Below are positions 48,058 to 58,385 of a DNA stretch of 64,000 nucleotides, piece by piece. A program made the position numbers and the translations under genes. Where the stretch lies: contig NZ_JAYRPN010000071.1 of NCBI RefSeq assembly GCF_041911175.1, positions 5,854 through 69,853 of the forward strand. Direction: 5' to 3'. How positions within the stretch are numbered: position 1 is the stretch's first letter; every line of letters begins with the position of its first letter. The stretch comes from Tabrizicola sp. GTDB taxonomy: Bacteria > Pseudomonadota > Alphaproteobacteria > Rhodobacterales > Rhodobacteraceae. The notes under the pieces are model-generated. The model saw only the letters and a program-made list of their open reading frames with translations. It did not search any database and was not told the origin of the DNA.

Positions 48058-49725
48058 TCACGGCGTGGCGAGGGCCAGTTCGTTGCGCTCGCCCGCCTTG
48101 ACCGCCAGCGGCGTCTCGGACGTCTTGTCGCCCTTGCTGACCCGGACGATGTAGTCGCCCGCTGGCAGCGCGGACTGCCAGGCCGGGCCGTAGCCATAGG
48201 CGATCGAGGCGCGATTGCCGTTGATGTCGGGTTTGGCGGCCAGGATCTCGATGAACTCGTCGCCCGGCGAGGTGAAGGCCGCGACGCCGGCGTTCAGGGG
48301 CGCGATGATGTCGGTCCGCTCGCCGACCTTGACGGTGAAGGGCACCTCGGACTTGGCCGCGCCCAGCGTGACGACCGCGACATAGTCGCCCGCCGGAAGG
48401 TCGAACTTCGCGCCCGCGCCATAGGTGTAGCCGACCGACTTGCGGTTGCCTTCGATGTCCTTCTTCGCCCCGAAGATTTCGACGAACTGGTCATCGCCCT
48501 CGACCGTCATGCCCTCGGCATAGGTGGCATCGACCACGGCAAGGCCGACGCCCAGCACCAGGTCGAGGTCGGTCATCTTGCCCGCCTCGATCACCACCGA
48601 CTGGCTGGTTTCCGCCGCGCCGAGCTTGGCGTTCAGGCCGTATTCGCCCGCCGGGAAAACGCGCTGCGCCTGCCCGTAGCCGGTGTCGCTGACCTCGTTC
48701 GGGCCGTGCATCTCCCAGAAGGCATCCGGGTCCGGGTCGGCACCGGGCGAAGGGCGGAGCGTCAGCTTCAGGATACCGGCGTCCATCACGGCCAGCGGTT
48801 GCGACAGCTCGGTCGCCGGGGCGATCTCGACCTCCTCTGTCACCACCGCTTCGTCCAGCGTCGTGACCATGCGGTACTTGCCGGGCGGCAGGGCGCCCTT
48901 GCTCGCACCATAGATGGTGGCCGTCGTGTCTGCAGCGACGCTGCCATCGGCGGCGATGGCGTAGAAGTAGAAATAGGCGTCGTCCAGAATGTCTGCCTCC
49001 GGTTCCGGTCCGCCTTCGGCAAGGTAGAGGACCGGATCGACGTTGTTCTCCAGCGCTGCCGGGGCGGGGGCGGGTTCGGGGACAGGTACGGGCTCCGGCT
49101 CGGCCACCGCAACCGTGGTCTTCAGCGCCTCGACCAGACTACCCGCGTCCCTGGCCTGGATATACTTGCCGCCGGTGTTCTCGGCCAGGCAGGCGACCGT
49201 CGCGCCTTCCTCGGCGGTCAGGCCGAAGCCCACGACATGCGCGGTGAAGTCGACGCCCGAGGCTTCAAGCTCGGCCCCCAGCGCGCAAGGGTCGGCCTCG
49301 CAGGTCTCGATCCCGTCGGTGATCAGGATGACGGTGGCCTTCTCCTCGGTCGATTTCAGCTCGGCGGCGGCGCGGCGGACGGCTTCGGTGAGCGGCGTCT
49401 TGCCCAGGAATTTCATCTGATTGGCGGCATCGGTGATGGCCTGAGCGGTCCCGGCGGCGGGCGGCACGACCAGTTCGATATCCTGACAGCTGCCCTTTTC
49501 GCGGTGGCCATAGGCCATCAGGCCGATCTCGGTGGCGGGGTCGAGGCCCGACAGCACCGAGGCCAGCGCCTCGCGCGCGATTTCCAGCTTGGGACGCCCG
49601 TCGATCTGGCCCCACATGGACCCCGAGGCGTCAAGGACGATGATCGACTTGCCCTCGGCCAGAAGCGGCGCGGCCAGAAGGGACGGGGCCAGCAGGGCGG
49701 CAAAGAAGGTCCGTGAAATGCGCAT
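48058..49725 (-). CDS. Secreted vWA-domain protein with C-terminal beta-sandwich repeats
   Basis: Signal peptide; MIDAS LDASGSM, G.TPL, LITDGIETC; repeated LP.G.Y..V motifs. Confidence 0.88.
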   Translation of the reverse strand: MRISRTFFAALLAPSLLAAPLLAEGKSIIVLDASGSMWGQIDGRPKLEIAREALASVLSGLDPATEIGLMAYGHREKGSCQDIELVVPPAAGTAQAITDAANQMKFLGKTPLTEAVRRAAAELKSTEEKATVILITDGIETCEADPCALGAELEASGVDFTAHVVGFGLTAEEGATVACLAENTGGKYIQARDAGSLVEALKTTVAVAEPEPVPVPEPAPAPAALENNVDPVLYLAEGGPEPEADILDDAYFYFYAIAADGSVAADTTATIYGASKGALPPGKYRMVTTLDEAVVTEEVEIAPATELSQPLAVMDAGILKLTLRPSPGADPDPDAFWEMHGPNEVSDTGYGQAQRVFPAGEYGLNAKLGAAETSQSVVIEAGKMTDLDLVLGVGLAVVDATYAEGMTVEGDDQFVEIFGAKKDIEGNRKSVGYTYGAGAKFDLPAGDYVAVVTLGAAKSEVPFTVKVGERTDIIAPLNAGVAAFTSPGDEFIEILAAKPDINGNRASIAYGYGPAWQSALPAGDYIVRVSKGDKTSETPLAVKAGERNELALATP

Positions 49726-49927
49726 GTCGGGACTCCAAGGCAACAATTATCGGGCAAGCCTAGGGCAGCGCCTTCACTGCGGTCAACCTTCGCAACGAAA
49801 ATGGTCTTCGGACCATGCCCGAAGACCCGACCCATGCCGAAGGCGGGAAGAAGGGGACCTTGCAGCGCCCGCGGCACCGGGTCCGGGACCGGGGATGAGG
49901 GATCACCCCGCGGCCCGATGCCCAGGG

Positions 49928-50473
49928 TTACATCGCGGGCAGAAGCACGGTGTCGATCACATGGATGACGCCGTTTTTCTGCTTGACATCGGCGATGGTG
50001 ACATTGGCGACATTGCCCTGGCCGTCCTCGATCATCAGCTTGCCGTCCTTCTCCATCGCGGTGAATTCGCAGCCGCCGACGGTCTTGATGGTGTGCTTGC
50101 CGCCGTCGTCCATCACCATCTTGCCGATGTCCGCCGACATCGCATTGGCCGCGACGACGTGGCAGGTCAGGATCTTGACCAGCTGGTCCTTGTTTTCCGG
50201 CTTCAGCAGGGTTTCGACCGTCCCGGCGGGCAGCTTGGCGAAGGCCTCGTTCGTCGGCGCGAAGACGGTGAAGGGGCCGTCGCCCTGCAGCGTCTCGACC
50301 AGGCCCGCGGCCTGCACGGCGGCGACGAGGGTGGTGTGGTCGGCCGAGTTGACCGCGTTCTCGACGATGTTCTTGTCCTCATACATCGCCGCGCCGCCGA
50401 CCATCGGGTTTTCCGCCAGCGCCATGCCGGTGGTCAGGGCCAGGATCGCAACGCCAAGTTTCAGGGATTTCAT
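49928..50473 (-). CDS. Fasciclin (FAS1) domain protein
   Basis: TTLVAAVQAAGLVETL.G.GPFTVFAPTNEAF, NGVIHVIDTVLLP. Confidence 0.95.
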   Translation of the reverse strand: MKSLKLGVAILALTTGMALAENPMVGGAAMYEDKNIVENAVNSADHTTLVAAVQAAGLVETLQGDGPFTVFAPTNEAFAKLPAGTVETLLKPENKDQLVKILTCHVVAANAMSADIGKMVMDDGGKHTIKTVGGCEFTAMEKDGKLMIEDGQGNVANVTIADVKQKNGVIHVIDTVLLPAM

Positions 50474-50523
50474 CTGTAGTTTCCTCCGGTTTCGGGCGGG
50501 GTCATTCCCGCCTCACAGCCGAA

Positions 50524-50551
50524 GGAACGGAGGCTTTCCGGCGAAGTTTCA
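50524..50551 (-). promoter_or_regulatory. Candidate ECF-sigma promoter of the fasciclin gene (TGAAAC-N16-CGTTCC)
   Basis: ECF-type -35/-10 pattern about 50 nt upstream of the fasciclin start, next to the ECF sigma gene. Confidence 0.45.
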
Positions 50552-50579
50552 GCCGGGTTTCCGGCTCACGCTTCTGTGA

Positions 50580-51233
50580 TCAGGCAGCGCCGAGCGTCGC
50601 GGTCAGGATCACCGGGCCGGTCGGCTGGCCGGTGGGCGAACCGCCCTCGGGCTCGATCGACACCGCGAAGGTGAAGCCGGCGGGCGGCGTTTCATGGGTG
50701 ATGAGCAGGGGCCGGTCCTGCAGAAGACCCAGCGAGACCGGGGCGGCACCGGGCGCGATGAGCCACAGCTCATGCACCTGTCCCGGCACGGCGGGGACGC
50801 CCGCGACGCGGGTGATCTGCATCGTCGCGCCAAAGCGGGTGATCGCATAGGCAAGCCGGTGGTCGGCGGTGGCCAGCGTCGCGACCAGTTCGGGGCGCGG
50901 CGGGGCGAAGGTGGCGATGGAGGCCAGCGCCAGCACTGCCGCGACGCCGGCACCGGCCAGCCAGCCCAGCAGCCCGCGCCGTGCGGGCACCGGTGGCTTC
51001 GGGAAGAGCCGCGCCTCGATCCTTGGCAAGAGGTCCGGGGCAGGGGCGGGCGCGAACCCGTCGTTCAGGCCCGACAGGCGGCTTTCCCAATCCGTGACAA
51101 GGGCCGCGAAGACCGGGTCGCGCCTGACCCGCGCCTCGGCCTCGGCCCGCTCGGCAAGGGGCAGCACGCCCAGCACATATTCGGCGGCGAGCGCCTCGCC
51201 TTCCTCGTGCGGGGTGAGGGGAGCGTCGGTCAT
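50580..51233 (-). CDS. Anti-sigma factor (RskA-like)
   Basis: LAAEYVLGVL...E, single TM, ELWLI, FAVSIEPEGGSPTGQPTGPV. Confidence 0.9.
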   Translation of the reverse strand: MTDAPLTPHEEGEALAAEYVLGVLPLAERAEAEARVRRDPVFAALVTDWESRLSGLNDGFAPAPAPDLLPRIEARLFPKPPVPARRGLLGWLAGAGVAAVLALASIATFAPPRPELVATLATADHRLAYAITRFGATMQITRVAGVPAVPGQVHELWLIAPGAAPVSLGLLQDRPLLITHETPPAGFTFAVSIEPEGGSPTGQPTGPVILTATLGAA

Positions 51234-51763
51234 GTTTCCAGACACTCCTTCAGCTTCAACAGGCTCCGCCTGAGCCATGTGCGCATGGTGTTCAAGGGCA
51301 CCGCATGGCGCGCGGCCAGGTCGACATAGGACAGGCCGTTCAGATAGGCGCCCTTGACCGCATCGGCCCGGTCCGGGTCGAGCGTCGCGAAGCAGTCCGC
51401 CATCCTCTGCGCCTCGCCTAGTGCCACCAGCCGGGTTTCGGCGCGCGGCGCGGTGTCGGGCACGCTGTCCAGCCCGTCGTCGGACGGGCGGTCGGGCCGG
51501 GCGCGCAGCCGGTCGATGGCCAGGTTCCGGGCCACGGCGATCAGCCAGGTCATGCCCCGGCCCTTCGCCGGATCGTAGCGACCGGCGCGCAACCAGACCC
51601 TGGTGTAGACCTCCTGCAAGGCATCCTCCGCCTCGGCGCGTTCCCTCAGCATACGCAGAAGGACGCCCATGAGTTTCGCGGAGGTGTCGCGATAGAGCGC
51701 ACGGAACGCCGCACGGTCAGAAGCCGCGCATTTCGCGATCAGGGCGGCGACAGGATCGTCCAT
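51230..51763 (-). CDS. ECF RNA polymerase sigma factor (SigK/ECF26-like)
   Basis: AEDALQEVY.RVW.RA..YD...G....WL..VARNLAID; TMRTWLRRSL. Confidence 0.92.
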   Translation of the reverse strand: MDDPVAALIAKCAASDRAAFRALYRDTSAKLMGVLLRMLRERAEAEDALQEVYTRVWLRAGRYDPAKGRGMTWLIAVARNLAIDRLRARPDRPSDDGLDSVPDTAPRAETRLVALGEAQRMADCFATLDPDRADAVKGAYLNGLSYVDLAARHAVPLNTMRTWLRRSLLKLKECLET

Positions 51764-51816
51764 GACCCCGACGCTACGGATTTTTGCCCGTAGCGCAAGG
51801 ATTTCGGTGGGAAAGC

Positions 51817-53856
51817 TTATCCCCGCCGCCGCCTGCGCCCGCCCTCGTCACCGGCGGTCTTCGGGTTGAAACTGACCGCGGGAAGGGAAACGATCTGGTG
51901 CAGGTTCGGGAACGGATCAACGGCATGCGGGATGGCGTTGGCGTTTACGAAATGCTCCTGGAAGCGCGGCTCTATCGCGGTCTCGACCTTGTGGATCTCG
52001 TGGACCGTGGCCTCGATCTGGTTGCGCGCGCCCACGTTGCAGAGCGCGATCCGCGCCCCGGTTCCGGCGGCGTTCCCGGCACTTGTCACCTTCTCCAGCG
52101 GCACGTCGGGGATCATCCCCAGCACCATCGCGTGCTTCGGGCTGATATGGGCACCGAAGGCCCCCGCCAGCGTCACCCGGTCCACCGTGTCGACGCCCAT
52201 CTCGTCCATCAACAGCCGCGCACCCGCGTAGAGCGCCGATTTCGCCAGCTGGATCGCGCGGATGTCGCCTTGCAGCACGGCGATCCGCGGCCCGCCCTCG
52301 GCGCTGCCGTCATAGAGAAGATAGCCGAAGGTCCGGCCATGCGGCTCGCAGCGCGGCGAGCCGGTCTGCTCCGGCCCGCCGATCAGCCCGCCCGGATCGA
52401 CCAGCCCCGCCAGCCGCATCTCGGCCACCGCCTCGATGATGCCCGAGCCGCAGATGCCGGTGACGCCGGTGGTCTTCGTCGCCTTGGCAAAGCCCGGGTC
52501 GTCCGACCAGAGGTCCGATCCGATCACCCGGAAGCGCGGTTCTTTCGTCACCGGGTCGATCTCCACCCGTTCGATGGCGCCGGGGGCGGCGCGCTGGCCG
52601 GAGGAGATCTGCGCCCCCTCGAAGGCCGGGCCGGTCGGCGAGGAACAGGCAAGGACACGGGTTTCGTTGCCCAGCAGGATCTCGGCATTGGTGCCGACAT
52701 CGACGATCAGCACCATGTCCTTGGATTTGTTCGGCTCTTCCGACAGGGCGACCGCGGCGCAATCCGCGCCCACATGGCCCGCGATGCAGGGCAGCACATA
52801 GACCCGGGCCGAGCGGTTGAGGTTCGTCAGGTCCAGGTCGCCGGCATCCAGCGAAAGCGAGCTGGACACTGCCAGCGCGAAGGGCGCCTGGCCCAGTTCC
52901 ACCGGATCGACGCCAAGGAACAGGTGGTGCATCACCGGGTTGCAGACGATGACCATCTCGTAGATCGCGGCCGGGTCGACCTTGACGTCCGCCGCGATGA
53001 CGGCGGCCAGCGAGTTGATCGCCTCGCGCACCGCCTTCGTCATCTCCACGTCGCCGCCGGGGTTCATCATCGCGTAGCTCACCCGGCTCATCAGGTCCTC
53101 GCCGAAGCGGATCTGCGGGTTCATCAGCCCCGAGGAGGCCAGCACCTTGCCATCGGTCAGGTCGCACAGATGCGCCGCGATGGTGGTGGAGCCAAGGTCG
53201 ACCGCCAGACCCAGAAGCGGGCCTTCGTGGAAGCCGGGGAAGATGTCCAGCACGCGGGTGGTGCTGTCGTGGTTGCCCTTGTGCAGCACGACCGTGACCT
53301 TCCACTCGCCCTTGCGCAGCACCGGCTGCAACCGGCGCATCACGGACAGGTCGGCCTCGATCCCCTCGACCTGCCATTGCGCGGCAAGGGCGCGGGCGAG
53401 GCGCTCGAAATCGCCCGTGGGTTCGTGCATGTCGGGTTCCTGCACCTCGACGTAGACCGCGCGGGTGGCGGGGTCCATCTCGATATGCCGCTCGGTCGCC
53501 GACTTGCGGATCACCTGCTTGTGGACCTGGGATTCGGGCGGCACGTCGATGACCACGTCGCCCATCACCTTGGCCTGGCAGCCCAGGCGACGCCCCGGAG
53601 GCAGGCCGCGGATGCGCTTGTAGCGGTCCTCGACCGCGTTCCATTCCGACAGGGCGTCCTCGTCCACCGTGACGCCGTGCTTGGGGAATTCGCCGTAGCC
53701 GGGGGTGATCTGGCACTTGGAGCAGATGCCGCGCCCGCCGCAGACCGAATCGAGGTCGACGCCAAGCTGGCGCGCGGCGGTCAGGACCGGCGTGCCAAGG
53801 GCGAACCGCCCCCGCTTGCCCGAGGGGGTGAAGATCACGAGTGCATCGTCGGTCAT
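51817..53856 (-). CDS. ASKHA-domain reductive activator of corrinoid proteins (RACo/RamA-like; 2Fe-2S plus DUF4445)
   Basis: CGGRGICSKC...RLGCQ ferredoxin; AVDLGSTT; DVGTNAE; GPAFEG; GICGSG; GNAAG.GA. Confidence 0.92.
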   Translation of the reverse strand: MTDDALVIFTPSGKRGRFALGTPVLTAARQLGVDLDSVCGGRGICSKCQITPGYGEFPKHGVTVDEDALSEWNAVEDRYKRIRGLPPGRRLGCQAKVMGDVVIDVPPESQVHKQVIRKSATERHIEMDPATRAVYVEVQEPDMHEPTGDFERLARALAAQWQVEGIEADLSVMRRLQPVLRKGEWKVTVVLHKGNHDSTTRVLDIFPGFHEGPLLGLAVDLGSTTIAAHLCDLTDGKVLASSGLMNPQIRFGEDLMSRVSYAMMNPGGDVEMTKAVREAINSLAAVIAADVKVDPAAIYEMVIVCNPVMHHLFLGVDPVELGQAPFALAVSSSLSLDAGDLDLTNLNRSARVYVLPCIAGHVGADCAAVALSEEPNKSKDMVLIVDVGTNAEILLGNETRVLACSSPTGPAFEGAQISSGQRAAPGAIERVEIDPVTKEPRFRVIGSDLWSDDPGFAKATKTTGVTGICGSGIIEAVAEMRLAGLVDPGGLIGGPEQTGSPRCEPHGRTFGYLLYDGSAEGGPRIAVLQGDIRAIQLAKSALYAGARLLMDEMGVDTVDRVTLAGAFGAHISPKHAMVLGMIPDVPLEKVTSAGNAAGTGARIALCNVGARNQIEATVHEIHKVETAIEPRFQEHFVNANAIPHAVDPFPNLHQIVSLPAVSFNPKTAGDEGGRRRRRG

Positions 53857-53932
53857 GGCATTCTCCTGCGCGCGCCCCTCTACCTAACGCGGCGGGGGCC
53901 TTTCGCAAGCGCCCGGAAGCGGCGTGTCGCGG

Positions 53933-55099
53933 TCAGCTTGCGCCCTTATCCCCGCCCGGATGCGGGGCGCGCCAGTTGACCAGCACCACGGACAGGATCG
54001 CATAGGCCCAGATCGGCAGGCCGAGGAAGCTGCCGACCGCGAAGACCGCCGCCATCACCGGCAGCGCCAGGTTCAGCCGCGCGGGCAGGCGATGGGCCCG
54101 GTCGCGCACCAGCCAGAGCGTCGCGAAAAGCAGCGCCAGCGCCAGCCCCAGCCAGCGCGAGACCTCGCCTGCCGTCGCCGCGCCGTGATGGGTGACGACG
54201 TCGACCCAGGCGGCAATCGCCGCACCCAGCATGGCGGTGGCAAGGTAGATCAGCACATGGCCATAGCCCCAGATCAATGCTGGCAGCATCGCGGTCGTGG
54301 TCAGGTGCTCTTCCTCGCAGAAATAGATCCACCAGATCGAGAAGACGAGCACCAGCCCCGACACGGCCACCAGCGCCGCCTCAAGCGAGGGATGATCCGA
54401 GAAGAGCGCGCCGAACCCGTGCGACACCGAAAGCATGATCTCGCCCAGCGAGATGATCATCAGAAGGCCGTAGCGTTCGATGATATGGTGGCGGTGGAAG
54501 GGCGTCGCGCGCGCGCTTTCGGCGAAAGCGGGGACACCAAGTTCCACGACATAGATCAGGATGGCCGCGACGAAGAAGGCGGTCGAGCCGGGGGCGGTCC
54601 CGACATAGATCAGGATCCAGAGGGCTTGCGCGATCAGGATGCCGATGGCGTAGCGGATGCAGGTCCGGTGCCAGTCGGGGTTGCCCCGCGCCGCCCGCAG
54701 CCATAGCCCCGCCATCCCCAGCCGCATGATCACCCAGCCGAGAAGGCCGAATCGCATGTCGAGCGTTTCGAAGATATAGCCCGCGCCGCCCGCGAAGATC
54801 AGCTCGCCGCACATGATGACCATGACCAGGAAGCGGTAGAGCGCATCGTCGTTGTCGAAGGCCGAGGCGAACCAGGTGAAGTTCATCCAGCACCACCAGA
54901 CACCGACGAAGAGGAACAGGAAGCGCGGCAGCATCTCCAACCCGTGCCCGGCGGAGATGCCGTGGTGCAGGCCTGCGGTGACGGCGGCGATGGCGATGAC
55001 GGTGATCAGGTCGAAGAACAGCTCCAGCGTGGTCGAGACGCGGTGATGTTCCGAGGGGTCGCGCGGGCGCAGCGGGCGGATGGACTGGGACACGGGCAC
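53933..55099 (-). CDS. Low temperature requirement protein A (LtrA)-family membrane protein
   Basis: TLELFFDL..VIAI, WW.WMNFTWFAS.FDNDD, HIIERYGLL.II.LGE, YGH. Confidence 0.9.
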   Translation of the reverse strand: MPVSQSIRPLRPRDPSEHHRVSTTLELFFDLITVIAIAAVTAGLHHGISAGHGLEMLPRFLFLFVGVWWCWMNFTWFASAFDNDDALYRFLVMVIMCGELIFAGGAGYIFETLDMRFGLLGWVIMRLGMAGLWLRAARGNPDWHRTCIRYAIGILIAQALWILIYVGTAPGSTAFFVAAILIYVVELGVPAFAESARATPFHRHHIIERYGLLMIISLGEIMLSVSHGFGALFSDHPSLEAALVAVSGLVLVFSIWWIYFCEEEHLTTTAMLPALIWGYGHVLIYLATAMLGAAIAAWVDVVTHHGAATAGEVSRWLGLALALLFATLWLVRDRAHRLPARLNLALPVMAAVFAVGSFLGLPIWAYAILSVVLVNWRAPHPGGDKGAS

Positions 55100-55142
55100 T
55101 CCTTGACAGATGCGGCAAGGAAGCCGGAAAGAGGCCGTGTTT

Positions 55143-56300
55143 TCAAGGCCCGCGTGACGGATCGTCCAGCCAGGCCAGGATCGCCGCCCGGTCGCCGTCC
55201 AGCCGCGGGGCAGGGGGGAGGGAGGAAGGTTCCGGCAGGGTGGACATCTTGATCGGATTGCCCGGCGCGGTGAAGGCCGGGCCGCCGGGCTGCGGCGTGA
55301 CCGGCAGCACCATGTTCCGCGCGCGAAGCTGCGGGTCGGCCAGCACCTCGATCATGTCCTGCACCCGCGCCGTGGGCAGGCCTGCCGCGTCCAGCACGGC
55401 CAGCCAATGCGCGACGGAATGGCCCAGCGTCACCGTCTCGATCAGGCGTTTCAGAAGCGCGTGGTTCTCGCATCGGGCCGCGTTGGTGGCAAAGCGGGGG
55501 TCGGCGGCGATCTCCAGCCCCAGCACGGCGCAGAGCCTGCCGAACATCGCATCGTTCCCGGCGGCGATCACCACGAAGCCATCCGCCGCGCGGAAGGTCG
55601 CGAAGGGCGTGATCGTCGGATGCCGCGCACCCGTCGGCCCCGGCGCCACCCCGGTCGCCGAGGCGATGGCCAGCGCGTGTTCCTGGATCGCAAGCTGTGC
55701 GTCCAGCATCGCCACGTCGATGAAGGCGCCTTCGCCGGTCTTCTCGCGCTGATACAGCGCCGCCAGAACGCCTTGCGCCAGATACATCCCGGCAACGATG
55801 TCGCCGATCGACGCGCCCACCCGCACCGGCGGCCCGCCGCTTTCCCCCGTGATCGACATCACCCCGCCGCGTGCCTGCACCACCATGTCATAGGCGGGCT
55901 TTTCCGCATCCGGCCCGGTCTGCCCGAAACCCGACACGGCGGCATAGACGAGGCGCGGGTGGCGGGCATGCAGCACCTCCCAGCCGAAGCCCAGCCGCGC
56001 CATCACGCCGGGGCGGTAGTTCTCCACCAGCACATCCGCCCGCGCCACCAGCCGCTCGAAGATCGCCCGGTCCTCCGCCGCCTTCAGGTCCAGCGCGATG
56101 GACTGCTTGCCCGCGTTCAGCGTGGCGAAATAGGCGCTTTCCCCGGCCAGGAAGGGTGGAAAGGCCCGGGTGTCGTCGCCCGTCCCCGGCCGTTCGACCT
56201 TGATCACCTTTGCGCCCAGGTCCTGCAGGCTCTGCGTGCAGAAAGGTCCCGCCAGCACATGCGTCAGGTCGAGGATGAGGATGCCGTCCAGGGGTGCCAT
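55143..56300 (-). CDS. CaiB/BaiF (family III) CoA transferase
   Basis: LDLTHVLAGPFCT..L.DLGA.VIKVE, LNAGKQSIALDLK, DVLVENYRPG, PAYD. Confidence 0.92.
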   Translation of the reverse strand: MAPLDGILILDLTHVLAGPFCTQSLQDLGAKVIKVERPGTGDDTRAFPPFLAGESAYFATLNAGKQSIALDLKAAEDRAIFERLVARADVLVENYRPGVMARLGFGWEVLHARHPRLVYAAVSGFGQTGPDAEKPAYDMVVQARGGVMSITGESGGPPVRVGASIGDIVAGMYLAQGVLAALYQREKTGEGAFIDVAMLDAQLAIQEHALAIASATGVAPGPTGARHPTITPFATFRAADGFVVIAAGNDAMFGRLCAVLGLEIAADPRFATNAARCENHALLKRLIETVTLGHSVAHWLAVLDAAGLPTARVQDMIEVLADPQLRARNMVLPVTPQPGGPAFTAPGNPIKMSTLPEPSSLPPAPRLDGDRAAILAWLDDPSRGP

Positions 56301-56383
56301 GCGAGCCTCCATTTGCCCCATCCCTGCCACAGGACCGACGCCCGGACGTTGACGCCGGTCAAATCCCCCTCTACCTCGCGCGC

Positions 56384-58189
56384 ATGGCACGCGCACCCCT
56401 TCTCCAGCTTTCCGGCATCTCGCTCACCTTCGGCGGCAACCCGGTGTTCGACGACCTCTCGCTCACCGTCCAGCCCGGCGACCGCATCGCGCTGGTCGGG
56501 CGGAACGGGTCAGGCAAGTCGACGCTGATGAAGGTGATGGCCGGGCTGGCGGAACCCGACCGGGGCCTGCGCACTGTGCCCCCCGGCGTGACCGTGGGCT
56601 ACATGGAGCAGGAGCCGGACCTCACCCGCTTCGCCACGCTTGGCGATTTCGCGGCGTCGGCGCTGCCGGAGGGGCAGGACTACCGCCTTGCCGTGGTGGC
56701 CGAGGGCCTGAAATTCGACCCTGCCACCCCTGTCGCCACCGCGTCAGGGGGTGAACGCCGCCGCGCCGCGCTGGCCAAGCTTCTGGCCGAGGCGCCGGAG
56801 CTGATGCTCCTGGACGAGCCGACCAACCATCTCGACATCCAGGCCATCGAATGGCTGGAGCGCGAGCTTTCCGAAACCCGCGCCGCCTTCGTCCTCATCT
56901 CCCACGACCGCGCCTTCCTGCGGGCCTTGTCGAAGGCGACGCTCTGGATCGACCGGGGCGAGGTGCGCCGCCGCGAGGCTGGCTTCGAAGGCTTCGAGGA
57001 CTGGCGCGAAACCGTCTGGGCCGAAGAGGACGAGGCCCGCCACAAGCTCGACCGCAAGATCAGGCACGAGGCGAAATGGGCGGTGGAAGGCATTTCAGCG
57101 CGCCGCAAGCGCAACATGGGTCGGGTCCGGGCCTTGCAGGCGCTGCGGGCCGAACGCAGCGCGCAGATAAGGCGGCAGGGGACGGCGGCCTTCGCGCTGG
57201 ACGCAGGCCCGACCTCCGGCAAGAAGGTCATTGAGGCACAGGGCCTGACCAAGGCCTATGGCGACAAGACCATCGTCAAGGGCTTCGACCTGCGCGTGTT
57301 GCGCGGCGACCGGGTGGCCTTCGTCGGGCCGAACGGCGTCGGGAAAACCACGCTTCTCAAGATGTTGACCGGCGAAGTTCAACCGGATGCCGGGGCCGTG
57401 ACCCTTGGCACCAACCTGGAGATCGCGGTCTTCGACCAGACCCGCACAAGGCTCGACCTTGACGCCAGCCTCTGGGACAACCTGACCGTCGATCCGTTGA
57501 TGCGGGTCTCGGGCAGTTCCGATCAGGTGATGGTGCGCGGCACGCCGAAGCATGTGGTGGCCTATCTCAAGGATTTTCTCTTCGCCGAAGCCCAGGCCCG
57601 CGCCCCGGTGCGCAGCCTGTCGGGCGGCGAACGGGCGCGGCTTCTGCTGGCCAAGCTGATGGCGCAGCCCTCGAACCTGCTGATCCTGGACGAACCGACC
57701 AACGACCTCGACGTCGAGACGCTGGACCTGTTGCAGGACATCCTTGGCGAATACGACGGCACCGTCCTTGTCGTCAGCCACGACCGCGACTTCATCGACC
57801 GGATCGCCACCACAACCGTGGCGATGGAGGGCGAGGGCAGGGTGCAGGCCTATCCCGGCGGCTGGTCGGACTATGCCGCGCAGCGTCCCGATCCGGTGGA
57901 CGACACGAAACCCGTGGCGAAAACCGTTGCCGCACCCGCCGCGAAGCCGGAACCGGCCCAGAAGGCAACCGGACTGTCCTTCACCGAGAAGAAGCGGCTG
58001 GATGACCTGCCCGACCTGATCGCCCGGCTGGAATCCGAGATCGGCAAGCTTGGCGCACTTCTTGCAGACCCCGAGTTGTTCACCCGCGAGCCGGTAAAAT
58101 TCCGCAAGGCGTCCGAGGCTTTGGCAGAACGGCAAAGCGCCCTTGAGACCGCCGAAACCGAATGGCTGGATCTGGCCGACCGCGCCTGA
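56384..58189 (+). CDS. ABC-F family ATPase (Uup-like)
   Basis: Two ABC cassettes (GRNGSGKST/SGGE/LDEPTNHLD; GPNGVGKTT/SGGE/LDEPTNDLD), coiled-coil tail ending EWLDLA. Confidence 0.93.
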   Translation: MARAPLLQLSGISLTFGGNPVFDDLSLTVQPGDRIALVGRNGSGKSTLMKVMAGLAEPDRGLRTVPPGVTVGYMEQEPDLTRFATLGDFAASALPEGQDYRLAVVAEGLKFDPATPVATASGGERRRAALAKLLAEAPELMLLDEPTNHLDIQAIEWLERELSETRAAFVLISHDRAFLRALSKATLWIDRGEVRRREAGFEGFEDWRETVWAEEDEARHKLDRKIRHEAKWAVEGISARRKRNMGRVRALQALRAERSAQIRRQGTAAFALDAGPTSGKKVIEAQGLTKAYGDKTIVKGFDLRVLRGDRVAFVGPNGVGKTTLLKMLTGEVQPDAGAVTLGTNLEIAVFDQTRTRLDLDASLWDNLTVDPLMRVSGSSDQVMVRGTPKHVVAYLKDFLFAEAQARAPVRSLSGGERARLLLAKLMAQPSNLLILDEPTNDLDVETLDLLQDILGEYDGTVLVVSHDRDFIDRIATTTVAMEGEGRVQAYPGGWSDYAAQRPDPVDDTKPVAKTVAAPAAKPEPAQKATGLSFTEKKRLDDLPDLIARLESEIGKLGALLADPELFTREPVKFRKASEALAERQSALETAETEWLDLADRA

Positions 58190-58385
58190 GCTGCGGGAAC
58201 CGGCGAAGCCCGGCCCAAACTGCCCCGGTTCCTCGGCACATCTCCGCCAGTTGACCTCACCCCTCATCAACGGGCCGTGAGGTGCCATTGTTCCCGACCG
58301 CCACACTCCCCATTCCCTTGGACGAGCCGACCGGAACCGTTCCGAGTCTACGAAGGTTGTGGTCGGCCAGAACAAGGAGACAGAA

